Virus record (IMG/VR): IMGVR_UViG_3300021387_000151
Coordinates: 1 to 42,851 of that record
DNA from: a virus
Length of the DNA stretch: 42,851 bases
Strand: one strand, 5' to 3'
Both the position numbers and the translations under genes were made by a program. The notes below the pieces were generated by a model. The model searched no databases. It was given only the letters and a program-made list of their open reading frames with translations, and had not been told where the DNA came from. Every line of letters begins with the position of its first letter. The stretch's first letter is position 1. Below are positions 16,329 through 25,563 of this stretch, in pieces.

Positions 16329-17540
16329 CTAGCGACCAGCAACGCCGGTGTCGGCGAGGTAGGAGAAGGCCTTGGGGAAGGTGACCTTGAGACCGTACTG
16401 ACCGTTGATACGGATGGTCTTCTCGTTGCGGATAAACTGGTCGTTAACAAGACCGACCTCAAGCGTCTCGCCCATCTTGGTGTAGAAAGTGGCAGCGTTG
16501 GGGAGGTAGACCATCATGCCGTAGGTGGTCTTCTCGGCGGAAGGCTCGCCCGTGGTCTCGGTGAGGTTCAAGTCCTCCACCACGTTAAGGGCCCACAGCT
16601 TGCCGTTGACCATCTGGTTGATGTAGCGACCGTTCTTGTCCTTCTCAAGGTTTACAGACTCGGCGACGTAGGGGTGCATACCGACGGTGGTGGGCACAAA
16701 GCCGGTGGAAAGGAACACGTCAGTAGCCATCTTGTAGGCGCAATCGGTGATGGAATCGCTAGCTCCCTTGGTGAACTTCTGGATGCCGTCATGGTTGAGG
16801 ATGCCGACCATGCCAGTCTCGGCGTTGGCCTTAGCACCGTTGAGAACCTTTGCGCCCTTGGCAAGCTCCTGCATATAGAGCAGGGTGCCGTTAACGAGCG
16901 TCATAAGCTCGTTGTAGTCGTTAAGATTGTTCTCAAGCAGGGGCATACCGTTTGCGATCTGCTCCATGTGGAAGGAGCGCTGAGTCCATGCCATGCCAGA
17001 CATAGCGATAGCATTGCCGGGAGTCCAGGTTGCTGCGGCGTTGGTGAGCTTGGTCTGGTCTGCCTCGTAGAAGCTGATGGAATCCTTGTCGGTGACGGCA
17101 CGCGGCAGGGTGTTGTAGATGCCCAGCTTCGGCAGGTTCTGGGCGTACTGCTCGGGCAAGGAGTAATCGGTGTCCTTGTGCTCAGCCAGCTTGAAGTCCT
17201 GATAGGCATCGAGGGCAATGGAGGTGCCCAGCTTCAGGCCCTTGAACTCGTCACGTGCGCCAAGGACGAACTCACCGAGGTTCTTGGGCTTGAACTCCTT
17301 CTTGTTGCCAGCGTTGGGGTCAGCCAGCGGGATACCGCCGCCCTGACGAATCTTGTCCTCGTAGTCGAGGGCATCGGCAAGCTGCTCGTCAAGAGCCTTG
17401 TTCTCGCCCTTAATCTGGTTGATGGTATCGCGGTAAACGTCCTTGGCATCGCCCTCGGCAGCGTTAAAAGACTTCTCGGCTGCATCGAGCTTTGCGCGGT
17501 TCTCCACGATCTTGTTGTGAATCTGGATGGAAGAAAGCAT
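16329..17540 (-). CDS. Major capsid protein, HK97 fold, with N-terminal delta/scaffold-like coiled coil
   Basis: 403 aa following the protease. It has an N-terminal helical region of about 70 aa and then a typical capsid body. No separate scaffold gene is present. Confidence 0.85.
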   Translation of the reverse strand: MLSSIQIHNKIVENRAKLDAAEKSFNAAEGDAKDVYRDTINQIKGENKALDEQLADALDYEDKIRQGGGIPLADPNAGNKKEFKPKNLGEFVLGARDEFKGLKLGTSIALDAYQDFKLAEHKDTDYSLPEQYAQNLPKLGIYNTLPRAVTDKDSISFYEADQTKLTNAAATWTPGNAIAMSGMAWTQRSFHMEQIANGMPLLENNLNDYNELMTLVNGTLLYMQELAKGAKVLNGAKANAETGMVGILNHDGIQKFTKGASDSITDCAYKMATDVFLSTGFVPTTVGMHPYVAESVNLEKDKNGRYINQMVNGKLWALNVVEDLNLTETTGEPSAEKTTYGMMVYLPNAATFYTKMGETLEVGLVNDQFIRNEKTIRINGQYGLKVTFPKAFSYLADTGVAGR

Positions 17541-17550
17541 TCTCTACTCC

Positions 17551-18276
17551 CTAGTACGTCAAAAACTTTCCGTTCACGCACACGGTTTTCGAGACGGCTC
17601 CCGTCTCCACCTTGTCGGCTCCCGACACGGCTTTACCACCGTTGTTGCTGTCAGTGATTGTGGGTTCGGTTTCCCCCGCGCCGTTTACGTCCACCACGGC
17701 AGTGGTATCTAGCAGGTCTTTCGGCGCATTCTTGAATCTCTTGGCCTGCTCTGGGTCGATGCACGCGGCAACGGGCTCCATCTCCACGATTGAATCGCAA
17801 AATCCGTTCTCCACCGCTTCCTTGGCGGTGAACCACGTCTCGGCATCCATGAGGTCTGAGATAGCGTCCTCGTCCTTGCCCGTCTTGCGCACGTACTGGT
17901 TAACGATGGTGGACTTAACCTTGTCGAGAAAATCGGCGGTCTTGCGCAAGTCGTCAGCGGTGCCGCCAGAGAAGGAATAGGGGTTGTGAATCATCATCAG
18001 CGCGGAATCGCCGATGACCACCTTGTCTGCTGTAAGGGCGAAATATGACGCAGCACTAGCGGCAAGTCCCTCGATGATGCAGGTTGACTCGCCCTGATAG
18101 CTACGCAGAAGCTCGGCCATGGTATTTGCGTCGAACACGTCTCCACCGCCGGAGTTGACGTGGATGGTGACCGCTTCGCCGTTGGCTTCTTTAAGCTCGT
18201 TGGCAAACTTGGTGGCGGTCATATCGGTTTCGTCCCAGCCGTCACCGATGAACCCGTAAACGTTAATGTCCCTCAT
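17551..18276 (-). CDS. Prohead serine protease, ClpP/S14 type
   Basis: Start set at MRDINVYGF (AAGGAG plus 10 nt). Motifs: IHVNSGGGDVF, IIEGLAASAASYF, MMIHNP. Confidence 0.85.
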   Translation of the reverse strand: MRDINVYGFIGDGWDETDMTATKFANELKEANGEAVTIHVNSGGGDVFDANTMAELLRSYQGESTCIIEGLAASAASYFALTADKVVIGDSALMMIHNPYSFSGGTADDLRKTADFLDKVKSTIVNQYVRKTGKDEDAISDLMDAETWFTAKEAVENGFCDSIVEMEPVAACIDPEQAKRFKNAPKDLLDTTAVVDVNGAGETEPTITDSNNGGKAVSGADKVETGAVSKTVCVNGKFLTY

Positions 18277-19768
18277 GCTCGAAAATCTCCTTAATATCGG
18301 CTTCGATGTCGTACTCACGCCGCGCCAACAGGCAGGCGTTGGCGTAGGGCTTAAGAACCTTGGTTGCGAAAGCGCGGGTCTTCTCGGTGTCTCCAGCTTC
18401 GGAGATGCGCTGCTTGATACGCTCAACCATGTCATCGTGGATTGAATTCATGGCATCGCCGTTGCCGTCACCGCTGTAGGGCGCTCCACCCTCGCCAGAA
18501 GCGCCGGGGTCTTTCCCGTGCGTGGCGGTAATGGTCAGCTCGCCCGTTTCGGCGTTGAGCAGGTTGTAGGAAGAGGGAATAAAGAGAACGTCCAGACCCT
18601 CCACGGGCGGCAAATCCTCCTTGGCGCGTACCTCGGCAGGCATCATCCAGCCAGAGAAAACAGCCGCCTTGTAGCCCTCCATGCGGTCTCGGTAGCCGCC
18701 GCGCAGAAGGCCGTTCATATCGAATTGCACGTAGCAGTCTTTAAGGCCGATGCTCCAAAGTACGCTGGAGAACGCGCGTTCAAGCTCAGCGCACTCGGGC
18801 ATGAGCGTCTTGTTGGCGAAGTTCAGAGCGCCCTGCTCGATGTTGGAGTACGTTGCATTGGAAAGGTCGAATACCTCCTGCGGGGGCACGGAAAGCGTTC
18901 GGCAGACCTGCTGCAATATCCACCGCTCCTGCTCCACCAGCGACATATCCACCATGGTTTGCGAGGTGGACTTGTATTGCAGGCCATGGTCGAAGATGCG
19001 AATCTTGCCGGAATTGACTATGCCTCCGCCGTCTTCCAACTGCTTCTTAAGATTCTCAAACTCAGGTTTCTTGAGCGATTGGTCAGTCTCCAACCAGCCG
19101 GGGAAATTGCCCTCGCCGTTCAGGATGTGCGAATAGAACTTCTCTAGGTCAACGGACAAGCCGACCTCGTTGGCGGCAAACTCGGCAAGCGAGCGCCCGT
19201 GGAGACAATCGGAATCGAGGATGGGAGATTTGACCCACACGATCTCGTTCTCTAGGTATCGTCCAGGCGCGGTGAACTTATCGCCGCCGTAGTTGAACAC
19301 GTGCGAGCCGCCACGGATGATTTCGATACCGGGCGTTCCCGACATGGGCCAAAGCGCCACGATACGCGCGTTGCGCCACTCCACGCGCACGAACGCCTCG
19401 CCCTTTAGGTCTTTGGTCATATCGAGCCAGCGGATACCCTCCTGAGCGGACATGAGCGGGTTCCACTTGGTGCGCAACAGGGTTTCTAGGTCTTTCGCGG
19501 CACGCTTGGCGGCTGGTTTCCTAACGCCGCTATCGCGCTCGTAGACGTGTACGGGAAGTGCCGCCAAAGGTCGAGCCTTAGCCAGCGCACACGCACGGTA
19601 GGCGTTGGAGTAATAGGCTTCGAGCTTCGCTGCATCACGGTTGTAAACGTCCTTGCCGTCATAGTTCACGAAGTCGTATTGGATTGGCGGTATCTGCACG
19701 CCAGCGAAATTGAAAGCGCTGTACAGAGCGCGTGACGCGGCTGCGGTGATTCTGTTCTTTAGAGACAT
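18263..19768 (-). CDS. Portal protein (HK97 family)
   Basis: Start set at MSLKNRI (GAAGGAG plus 5 nt). 501 aa between terL and the protease. Confidence 0.85.
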   Translation of the reverse strand: MSLKNRITAAASRALYSAFNFAGVQIPPIQYDFVNYDGKDVYNRDAAKLEAYYSNAYRACALAKARPLAALPVHVYERDSGVRKPAAKRAAKDLETLLRTKWNPLMSAQEGIRWLDMTKDLKGEAFVRVEWRNARIVALWPMSGTPGIEIIRGGSHVFNYGGDKFTAPGRYLENEIVWVKSPILDSDCLHGRSLAEFAANEVGLSVDLEKFYSHILNGEGNFPGWLETDQSLKKPEFENLKKQLEDGGGIVNSGKIRIFDHGLQYKSTSQTMVDMSLVEQERWILQQVCRTLSVPPQEVFDLSNATYSNIEQGALNFANKTLMPECAELERAFSSVLWSIGLKDCYVQFDMNGLLRGGYRDRMEGYKAAVFSGWMMPAEVRAKEDLPPVEGLDVLFIPSSYNLLNAETGELTITATHGKDPGASGEGGAPYSGDGNGDAMNSIHDDMVERIKQRISEAGDTEKTRAFATKVLKPYANACLLARREYDIEADIKEIFEHEGH

Positions 19769-19908
19769 GCACGCTCCTTCTATCCGTTGCGTGCATGGTG
19801 CTATCGCTGTCCCCCGCGCGAGAAAATGGAGGGGGAAGGGGGCGGGGTTGGCGAAAGGAAGATGAAACTCCAACCCCGTTGCCCGAATGTTCGCGCCAAC
19901 GTCCCCCG

Positions 19909-21405
19909 CTACAGGTCGATAGTCCAGACGTTGGGCGATTCTTCCTCGTTGTTGTCGTAGGCCCACATAGCCATTGCCGCAGCTACCGCTGCGTCGATAC
20001 GCTTTGACCCTTGCCCGTGCTTCACGGACGTGAGCCTGCGCCCGTATGCCTTTGATTCGCTAGATACGGCGTTGATGCAATGCGCCGCCAAGATGGGCGT
20101 ATCGCCAAGCGATGCTATATGCGTGGATACTGCACGCGCCAAAAGCTCTGACGCGGGGCACATGATGGACGGCGTTTGCGGCACTTGCGATAGGTCGAAG
20201 TCGTAAGTTCGCTCTAGCCAGTTGGATAGGAACTGCATACGCGCGGGGTCGGCGCATATGAATGGAGCGCCGGGCTTTCTCGCCAGCTCTAGCAACACGT
20301 CTGCAACGGCGGTCAGATCGTAGACGGAACTCCCCTTCTCGGGCTTCTCCCAGCACCATTCGGCATATGCCCACCGTTCGTTTTGGCGTTGAGCCGCTAC
20401 GATTGCCAACGTATCGCCGCGAACGGCACCGTCCAGACCAACGCAAAACCATTGGTTCCAGTCGATTTCAAGCCGTTCCGTTTTCTGGCACGCTGTCACG
20501 TCCCTGCGCTTCATGAACGGTTCTTCCACCTCGTCCATAGGCGTACGGTTGAGGTAGTAGCGAACAAAGCCGGGGCCGGGCGTTCCGTCCTCCAGTTTGT
20601 CGGATTCGTACTGCTCTTCCAGCTCCTCCATCGTGATACGCCCAGCTGCGGTAATCTTCTTCCAAACCCTGCGGTCGGCTGGGTTGTCTTGGTCTGTGAT
20701 ACCGAGCCAGCACACGTAGGCGTGCTTATCGCGCTTCAACTTCTGATAGAGCTTGAACAGGAAACCGTCACGGCTGCTGCCTGCGGTCGTGATACCGATA
20801 GTAAGGGCGTTCCACACCTTAGCCTGACCGGACGTGCCTGCTTTCCAAACAGCATCATCGCGCCAGACGTGAATCTCATCGCCGATGAGAACGTGGAAAT
20901 GCTTACCCTGCAACGCCGCTTCCTTGTAGGGGTAGACGTGTATCTCCTGCCCCGTCTGTTCGTTGCGAATAACGTCCTTGTAGACCTTCCACTGTGCGCT
21001 GAGTGTTGGGTTCGCCTTGATGATGGTTGCGATATAGCCCTTGACCATGGCGGTATTTTCCTTGGAGTCTGCAACGATACCGTATTGACCGTTCGGTATA
21101 GCGTCCATGGTTGCAACGGTCAGAACCAAGCACGCCGCCAGCTGCGACTTGCCGAACGCGCGGTGAACGCCAATAAGGGCACGTCTATACTGTCTGCGAA
21201 ACTTGCCCGTCTTCTTGTCAATCTCGCCCGTTCCGAACAAGGGCCGCCAGATATATTTCATAAGCCATTCAGTGACCTTGTACGGGCAACCGCATAACTC
21301 GGATTCGCCAGCATACGTGAGGAACGCTTCCGCGAAAACGCGCGTGCGCTCCACTTGGAACTCCCCCGCCTTGCTCAGCTTCTTAAACGGTGTGTGGTAA
21401 CTCAC
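19909..21405 (-). CDS. terL: Terminase large subunit
   Basis: 498 aa. GTG start overlapping the terS stop (GTGA). ATPase region HRAFGKSQLAACLVL...LIGDEIH, and a nuclease half with GLDGA. Confidence 0.9.
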   Translation of the reverse strand: MSYHTPFKKLSKAGEFQVERTRVFAEAFLTYAGESELCGCPYKVTEWLMKYIWRPLFGTGEIDKKTGKFRRQYRRALIGVHRAFGKSQLAACLVLTVATMDAIPNGQYGIVADSKENTAMVKGYIATIIKANPTLSAQWKVYKDVIRNEQTGQEIHVYPYKEAALQGKHFHVLIGDEIHVWRDDAVWKAGTSGQAKVWNALTIGITTAGSSRDGFLFKLYQKLKRDKHAYVCWLGITDQDNPADRRVWKKITAAGRITMEELEEQYESDKLEDGTPGPGFVRYYLNRTPMDEVEEPFMKRRDVTACQKTERLEIDWNQWFCVGLDGAVRGDTLAIVAAQRQNERWAYAEWCWEKPEKGSSVYDLTAVADVLLELARKPGAPFICADPARMQFLSNWLERTYDFDLSQVPQTPSIMCPASELLARAVSTHIASLGDTPILAAHCINAVSSESKAYGRRLTSVKHGQGSKRIDAAVAAAMAMWAYDNNEEESPNVWTIDL

Positions 21406-21899
21406 ATTCCACCGCCTAGCGCCGCGTCAATCTGCTTTGCGATATTCAGCTGAACGTTCGCGCTCATGCCCTGCGTCAAGCCCAACCTAGCGCGAGCCAT
21501 AGGAGACAAACCCAAATCCTGCTCCAGCTTCATGGCCGTTTTCATCGCGTTGTCGCGAATCTTTAGGTACGGGTTCTCCTTGATGCGGATGCCGCCGAAA
21601 GCGTCCTCTTCCTCTACCGTGAGGTGCATGGTGCCGTCCTCGTCCATCAAGTGCCTTTGGCTCTCATAGACCATGGCGATGTTGAACACGTACTGCTCAA
21701 TCAGCGGGGAATCGGACGCGCGAAAACTTATGCCAGACCCAACTGTGTTGTCCCATATATCGCTCAGAATCGGCGTTTTCGACACGCTCTCGGGCTTTAC
21801 CAGCGCCCCGTCCTCCACTGTCACGGCGGTAGTGGTGGAAATATCGGCGGTGCTAGACCCGCGCCTTACCGCGAGCGCGTCGGGCTTACGTCCCCTCAC
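21402..21899 (-). CDS. terS: Terminase small subunit, P27 family
   Basis: 165 aa. The N-terminus (M)RGRKPDALAV and overall length are typical of P27-type small terminases. Translationally coupled to terL. Confidence 0.75.
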   Translation of the reverse strand: MRGRKPDALAVRRGSSTADISTTTAVTVEDGALVKPESVSKTPILSDIWDNTVGSGISFRASDSPLIEQYVFNIAMVYESQRHLMDEDGTMHLTVEEEDAFGGIRIKENPYLKIRDNAMKTAMKLEQDLGLSPMARARLGLTQGMSANVQLNIAKQIDAALGGGM

Positions 21900-22246
21900 A
21901 AGCCCACCTCCCTAAGCAGGCCCGCGATGCCGCGCGACAGCTCGGAACACATCGGACGGTACTTAATCGGTGCTGCCGTGGATGCCACATCGAAAAACGC
22001 GCCCATACCGCGCAATTCCACCGTGTTTCGCTCCACTGCTTTAGCCGAAACACATCCGCTAGCGGGAATACGGCTGATAGGCTCCATCTGCTCTAGGCAC
22101 TCGGGGGTGCTTCCGCTCTCACCCACGTACACGCCTTTATTTCTTTTTCTAAATGCGTTTTTCCTGCAATTATCCGAACAATATCGGCTTGTATTGCGTC
22201 TTGCGGCGTATTTTCTGCCGCAATATTCGCACGTTCTTACTATCAA
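21896..22246 (-). CDS. Zinc-ribbon protein, first gene of the late operon
   Basis: TTG start with GGAGGTG 5 nt upstream. Motif CEYCGRKYAARRNTSRYCSDNCRKNAFRKR. Confidence 0.6.
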   Translation of the reverse strand: MIVRTCEYCGRKYAARRNTSRYCSDNCRKNAFRKRNKGVYVGESGSTPECLEQMEPISRIPASGCVSAKAVERNTVELRGMGAFFDVASTAAPIKYRPMCSELSRGIAGLLREVGL

Positions 22247-22394
22247 AATCGCACCTCCGTAATCGGTGCGAAAGATAGGTTGGCGTTCCCCCGTTAGCGT
22301 CGCATGGAACGCTAAATCGCTATTCCAATTTCGTGCGCATAAAAAAATGAAGGGGCCGCGCTGGGTAGCCGTTGGTGGTGTCGTGATTTGACCC

Positions 22395-22620
22395 TCCCCA
22401 CTACCCCGCGTGCGGGGGCGCGCGCTCGCGTGGGCGCAGGTGCGCGCGTATGTGCTGGCATGGGCGCGTGCGTGTGTGCGTGGGCAGGCGCGTACGTGGG
22501 CAGGCGTGCGCGTTTGCGCATGGGGATACGCGCGTTAGGTCGTGGGGATAGGTGCGATCGTGTAGGCGCTCGCGTCTCGTCCTGGTATCCGCGTTCGCGC
22601 TCACGGTCGTACGCTGCGCG
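22395..22620. repeat. GC-rich degenerate repeat tract with alternating purine-pyrimidine runs
   Basis: CGTGGGCAGGCG is perfect at 22479..22490 and 22495..22506. Relatives occur at 22429, 22459, 22519 (CATGGGGATACG) and 22541 (CGTGGGGATAGG). There are GCGCGC/GTGCGTGTGTGCG runs and a 14-bp palindrome at 22404..22417. All frames give only Ala/Arg/His junk. Confidence 0.7.
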
Positions 22621-22629
22621 GCGTGGCTC

Positions 22630-22701
22630 AAAAGTTTTTTATGAGTGTTGACCTGCGGTTTTGTTGGGTTCTGAAAAGTTTTTTGAAAATTGTTGTTGAC
22701 A
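22630..22701 (+). promoter_or_regulatory. AT-rich promoter/operator candidate for the plus-strand island
   Basis: AAAAGTTTTTT occurs at 22630..22640 and 22674..22684, each followed by a TTGAC(C/A) -35-like hexamer (22648, 22696). No convincing -10 was found. Confidence 0.35.
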
Positions 22702-22788
22702 TGCCATCGCATACGGTGGCAGACTGTAGCCACACAACGAGCCACCGCAACAGGTGGCAAACCAACCACCACGGAAGGATGTGAAGAC

Positions 22789-23439
22789 ATGAGCACACGA
22801 GCAGAGCGCAGCGCATCCAACCGCGCCGCACATGCACTCAAGCGCGCAAAGCTTGAAGAGCAGTGGGCGCTCGCCGCCGCCGAAAAGCAGGCAGATCGCA
22901 AGCGCCGCCGCGATGAGAACCGCGCGGCATGGTGGGCGCGCTATGGCATGGCAACGCCTGGTATCGAGCAGTACGAGCAGGCCGAGCAGGTCGAGCATAG
23001 CGACCACGTGACCATGCCCGAGGTAACCGAGGATAGTTCCATCGTTGCAGCGAGCGCCACGAGGTCAAGGGGCGAGGCCGGTCATTGGTTTGTCGAGATG
23101 AACGGCGTCAAGTGCGGCACTATCTCGTGGAGCAACACGCCGCTCGTCTACGAAACGCCCGACGGCGAGAGCCTGCCATGCGAGACCGAGGAGCAGGCGC
23201 GAGGCCTTGCAGAGCTGTACGCGATGGATTACGCCGAGCGTTCGAGCGCGATAGCAAAGTTCAAGCCGGGCATGATGTTTGGCGACCGAGAGATCGTGAG
23301 CGTCGCGGCAAAATCCGTCACAGTGCGCCGCATTGGCTACGCCGACAGCGTCAAGCGCTACAAGATCAAGCGCAACAGCGAGCGCGGCGATTATATCTCC
23401 ACCAACATTGGCGAGCTTTACGCGAGCCGAGCGGCATAG
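22789..23439 (+). CDS. Hypothetical protein (basic coiled-coil N-terminus)
   Basis: Start set at MSTRAERS (GGAAGGA plus 9 nt). 216 aa. First gene of the opposite-strand island. Confidence 0.65.
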   Translation: MSTRAERSASNRAAHALKRAKLEEQWALAAAEKQADRKRRRDENRAAWWARYGMATPGIEQYEQAEQVEHSDHVTMPEVTEDSSIVAASATRSRGEAGHWFVEMNGVKCGTISWSNTPLVYETPDGESLPCETEEQARGLAELYAMDYAERSSAIAKFKPGMMFGDREIVSVAAKSVTVRRIGYADSVKRYKIKRNSERGDYISTNIGELYASRAA

Positions 23440-23456
23440 CGACGAATCCGACACAC

Positions 23457-23495
23457 ATAAAAACGCCCGGCGCAAGTACCACCAAAGCGCCGGGC
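23457..23495 (-). terminator. Minus-oriented stem-loop/terminator inside the plus-strand island
   Basis: Perfect 9-bp stem GCCCGGCGC / GCGCCGGGC (23465..23473, 23487..23495). On the minus strand it is followed by GTTTTTAT, and there is no U-tract on the plus strand. Confidence 0.45.
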
Positions 23496-23524
23496 ATAGG
23501 TCAAAGTGAGAAAGGACTAAGACC

Positions 23525-23929
23525 ATGAAGAAGATTAACACACATGAGCTGTATTTGGCAGTGTTGAACGACTGCAACGAGAAGCCTGAGCGCTCCGCCT
23601 GGGGTCGTGGCGTACAGACTTACGCAGTCGAGATCGCGGAAACGCTAGCAGACCAGACGCGCGAGGTCGAGCCGACAAGAGCAGCAATTGAGCACATCGC
23701 ATTGAATGGTGCGCGCGATTGGACTCAATACAGCTGGGGCGGTTGCTCGCTTATCTATGACGAGGATATTGCAAAGTCGCTTTGCCCTCCGTCCACGCTC
23801 AAGCGCAAGCACAACGGAGCGCTGCCGCCGAACAGCTGTGAGGAATGGCTCGATGTGCAAGCCAGGGCGCTAATGCAGGCCTGCCGCCGCGTCTGCCGTA
23901 TTGCCAAGGCGCTTAAGGTGGTGGCCTAA
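23525..23929 (+). CDS. Hypothetical protein
   Basis: 134 aa with SD GAGAAAGGA. Sequence features LNGARDWTQYSWGGCSLIYDEDIA...WLDVQARALMQA. No family assigned. Confidence 0.65.
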   Translation: MKKINTHELYLAVLNDCNEKPERSAWGRGVQTYAVEIAETLADQTREVEPTRAAIEHIALNGARDWTQYSWGGCSLIYDEDIAKSLCPPSTLKRKHNGALPPNSCEEWLDVQARALMQACRRVCRIAKALKVVA

Positions 23930-24064
23930 ATGGGCGTAGATCTGTTCGATATTGTGAACTATCCCGTCTGGAAGCTATCGCTGCTAGTCATAGGAGCAAT
24001 GGCACTTAGCTACGTGTACGGCTGGTTTATGGCATACGAGAAGTTTAACGAGAGGAAGCATTAG
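23930..24064 (+). CDS. Small membrane protein (44 aa, not in the ORF track)
   Basis: The ATG is adjacent to the upstream TAA. Translation MGVDLFDIVNYPVWKLSLLVIGAMALSYVYGWFMAYEKFNERKH (one TM). The stop is 2 nt before the next ATG. Confidence 0.5.
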   Translation: MGVDLFDIVNYPVWKLSLLVIGAMALSYVYGWFMAYEKFNERKH

Positions 24065-24066
24065 AC

Positions 24067-24321
24067 ATGGGAAACATCATCGTTGAGGACGAGAGCGAAA
24101 AGGTCATTTACTACGCCAGGAACATGTTCGATTTGGTCGATAGCTTGACCGATAACGGATTGACCGCCGCCGAGCTTGAAGCACTGGCGTTTGTCGTGGC
24201 GGCAACACATGACACGCAATACGACTACGCATCTAGGCATTTGAGCAGGCTTCTAGGCTATAACGTCAAGATTTGGGTTGGGTTTATATCAGACCAGCCA
24301 TACATCAATGAGCTGAGCTAG
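24067..24321 (+). CDS. Small acidic hypothetical protein
   Basis: 84 aa, D/E-rich, tightly packed in the island operon. Confidence 0.6.
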   Translation: MGNIIVEDESEKVIYYARNMFDLVDSLTDNGLTAAELEALAFVVAATHDTQYDYASRHLSRLLGYNVKIWVGFISDQPYINELS

Positions 24322-24334
24322 ACGATCCGGCACA

Positions 24335-24359
24335 CTGCCAACTTGTAACGAGTTGGCAG
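24335..24359 (+). other. Perfect 9-bp hairpin in the island intergenic gap
   Basis: CTGCCAACT-TGTAACG-AGTTGGCAG with no U-tract. GTAACGAG occurs again at 24388. Confidence 0.5.
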
Positions 24360-24445
24360 ACTGCCGCACCGTTTACCGAAGCGGAGCGTAACGAGAAGCG
24401 CGAACGGATAAACTAGAGCCATTCGCAAACGAGAAAGGACAGACC

Positions 24446-24889
24446 ATGACCGCCAACAAAGAACTCTGCTTTACCGTTTTCGAACGCGAGATTACGACTT
24501 GCATGGAGGGCGACCGCGAGGAATCGCACGGCTGGGACTGCGGGGACGAGCTGAACGTAAGCGATACAGACTTCGAGGGCGTTGTGTCCACCGTCCGCAA
24601 ATGGGCCGCGGAGGACAGCGTAGAGGTATGCCGCACGCGCCACGGCATCGGATCCATGACGCGCTCAGTCTATGACGTATGCGCATGGTGCGAAGACGGC
24701 AAAGGCGGTTTCATGACCTGCGATCTGGACGGGAACAGGAGCGAGGATAGCGTGTATGTGCTTGATGTTCTCGACTTGCACCCCGAGTACCGCGAAGCAT
24801 GGGACAAGGCGAAGCATGATTATTACAAGTTCCTCGATTACGAGGGCGAGACGTTCGGACAGGTCGCGGATTATATCGAGGGCGAGTAG
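24446..24889 (+). CDS. Strongly acidic hypothetical protein
   Basis: 147 aa with SD GAGAAAGGA. It has many D/E residues and several Cys pairs (CMEGD, DCGDE, CAWCEDG). Confidence 0.65.
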   Translation: MTANKELCFTVFEREITTCMEGDREESHGWDCGDELNVSDTDFEGVVSTVRKWAAEDSVEVCRTRHGIGSMTRSVYDVCAWCEDGKGGFMTCDLDGNRSEDSVYVLDVLDLHPEYREAWDKAKHDYYKFLDYEGETFGQVADYIEGE

Positions 24890-24891
24890 CC

Positions 24892-25227
24892 ATGACCACA
24901 CCAAAAGGCGTGGCACGCTACACAGACCTAGAAGGCACACCGTTTGAGATATTCGAGGTGCCCGACAAGGCTGACCAGTCGCTTGTGGTTACCGACCCAT
25001 CCACCCATCCGTTCGGGTTCCTGCTTCAACACAAGCAGTTCGAGAACCCAGAACTCACGTGGAGCGGTGAGATTGAGCGCGAGGTTGTAGCCGGACTGCT
25101 GCGCATGGACGAGAACGCCGAAGTCTGGGCCGATGCTTGGGGATGGTGGGCGCTCGACGTTTACCATCGCTGCAAGCGCGAGGGCACGCTACCGGAGCCG
25201 AAGAAGAAGCGTCGCAGGAGCGCATAG
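24892..25227 (+). CDS. Hypothetical protein with basic C-terminal tail
   Basis: 111 aa starting 2 nt after the upstream stop. It ends in PKKKRRRSA. Confidence 0.6.
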   Translation: MTTPKGVARYTDLEGTPFEIFEVPDKADQSLVVTDPSTHPFGFLLQHKQFENPELTWSGEIEREVVAGLLRMDENAEVWADAWGWWALDVYHRCKREGTLPEPKKKRRRSA

Positions 25228-25241
25228 GACGAGAGGGAACC

Positions 25242-25490
25242 ATGGAGAACGAAACAAAACGAGTGAGCCATAGCGAGGTGCTAAAGGCGCTCATGAACGA
25301 CAGCGACAAGACCGCCACGGATATTAGCCGCGCCTTGGGTCTGAATCGCTCTTATGTGACCAACACGGCAGCGCGGAATAACGTTAGGGTCGAGACGCTG
25401 GCGACAATCGCCGCCGCATACGGTTACGATCTGGCGCTGATTGACCGCGAGACGAACGAGACGCGCTATATCATCGAGCCGCCGAAATAG
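25242..25490 (+). CDS. Small HTH (XRE-type) DNA-binding protein, last gene of the island
   Basis: Start set at MENETKR (GAGAGGGAA upstream). HTH segment KTATDISRALGLNRSYVTNTAARNNVRVETLATIAAAYG. Confidence 0.65.
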   Translation: MENETKRVSHSEVLKALMNDSDKTATDISRALGLNRSYVTNTAARNNVRVETLATIAAAYGYDLALIDRETNETRYIIEPPK

Positions 25491-25515
25491 GTACAAGGGA
25501 CGAACGAGAAGCCCG

Positions 25516-25563
25516 AAAAAGAAAAAGCCCCCGTAGCGTAGTGCTGCGGGGGCGATTTTGTTT
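25516..25563. terminator. Bidirectional rho-independent terminator between convergent operons
   Basis: 11-bp stem 25527..25537 / 25543..25553 (one G-U), flanked by GAAAAAGAAAAA on one side and GATTTTGTTTGG on the other. It sits between the island (+) and the early operon (-). Confidence 0.8.

Noticed and set aside
19843-19878. 9-bp stem (CGGGGTTGG/CCAACCCCG) in the terL-portal gap as a terminator
   Set aside because: It has an 18-nt loop and no adjacent U-tract, and termination between terL and portal would be unexpected. I noted it only as a possible mRNA structure.
22648-22735. Precise sigma-70-type promoters for the island (TTGACC / TTGACA)
   Set aside because: The -35-like hexamers are clear, but no acceptable -10 hexamer lies at a 16-19 nt spacing. 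I therefore report only a promoter/operator candidate region.
22312-23007. Minus-strand ORFs of 69-166 aa across the GC-rich repeat tract and the island promoter (22312..22521, 22401..22901, 22639..23007)
   Set aside because: The translations are Ala/Arg/His/Pro junk driven by GCGCGT-type repeats. They have no SD and overlap each other in several frames.
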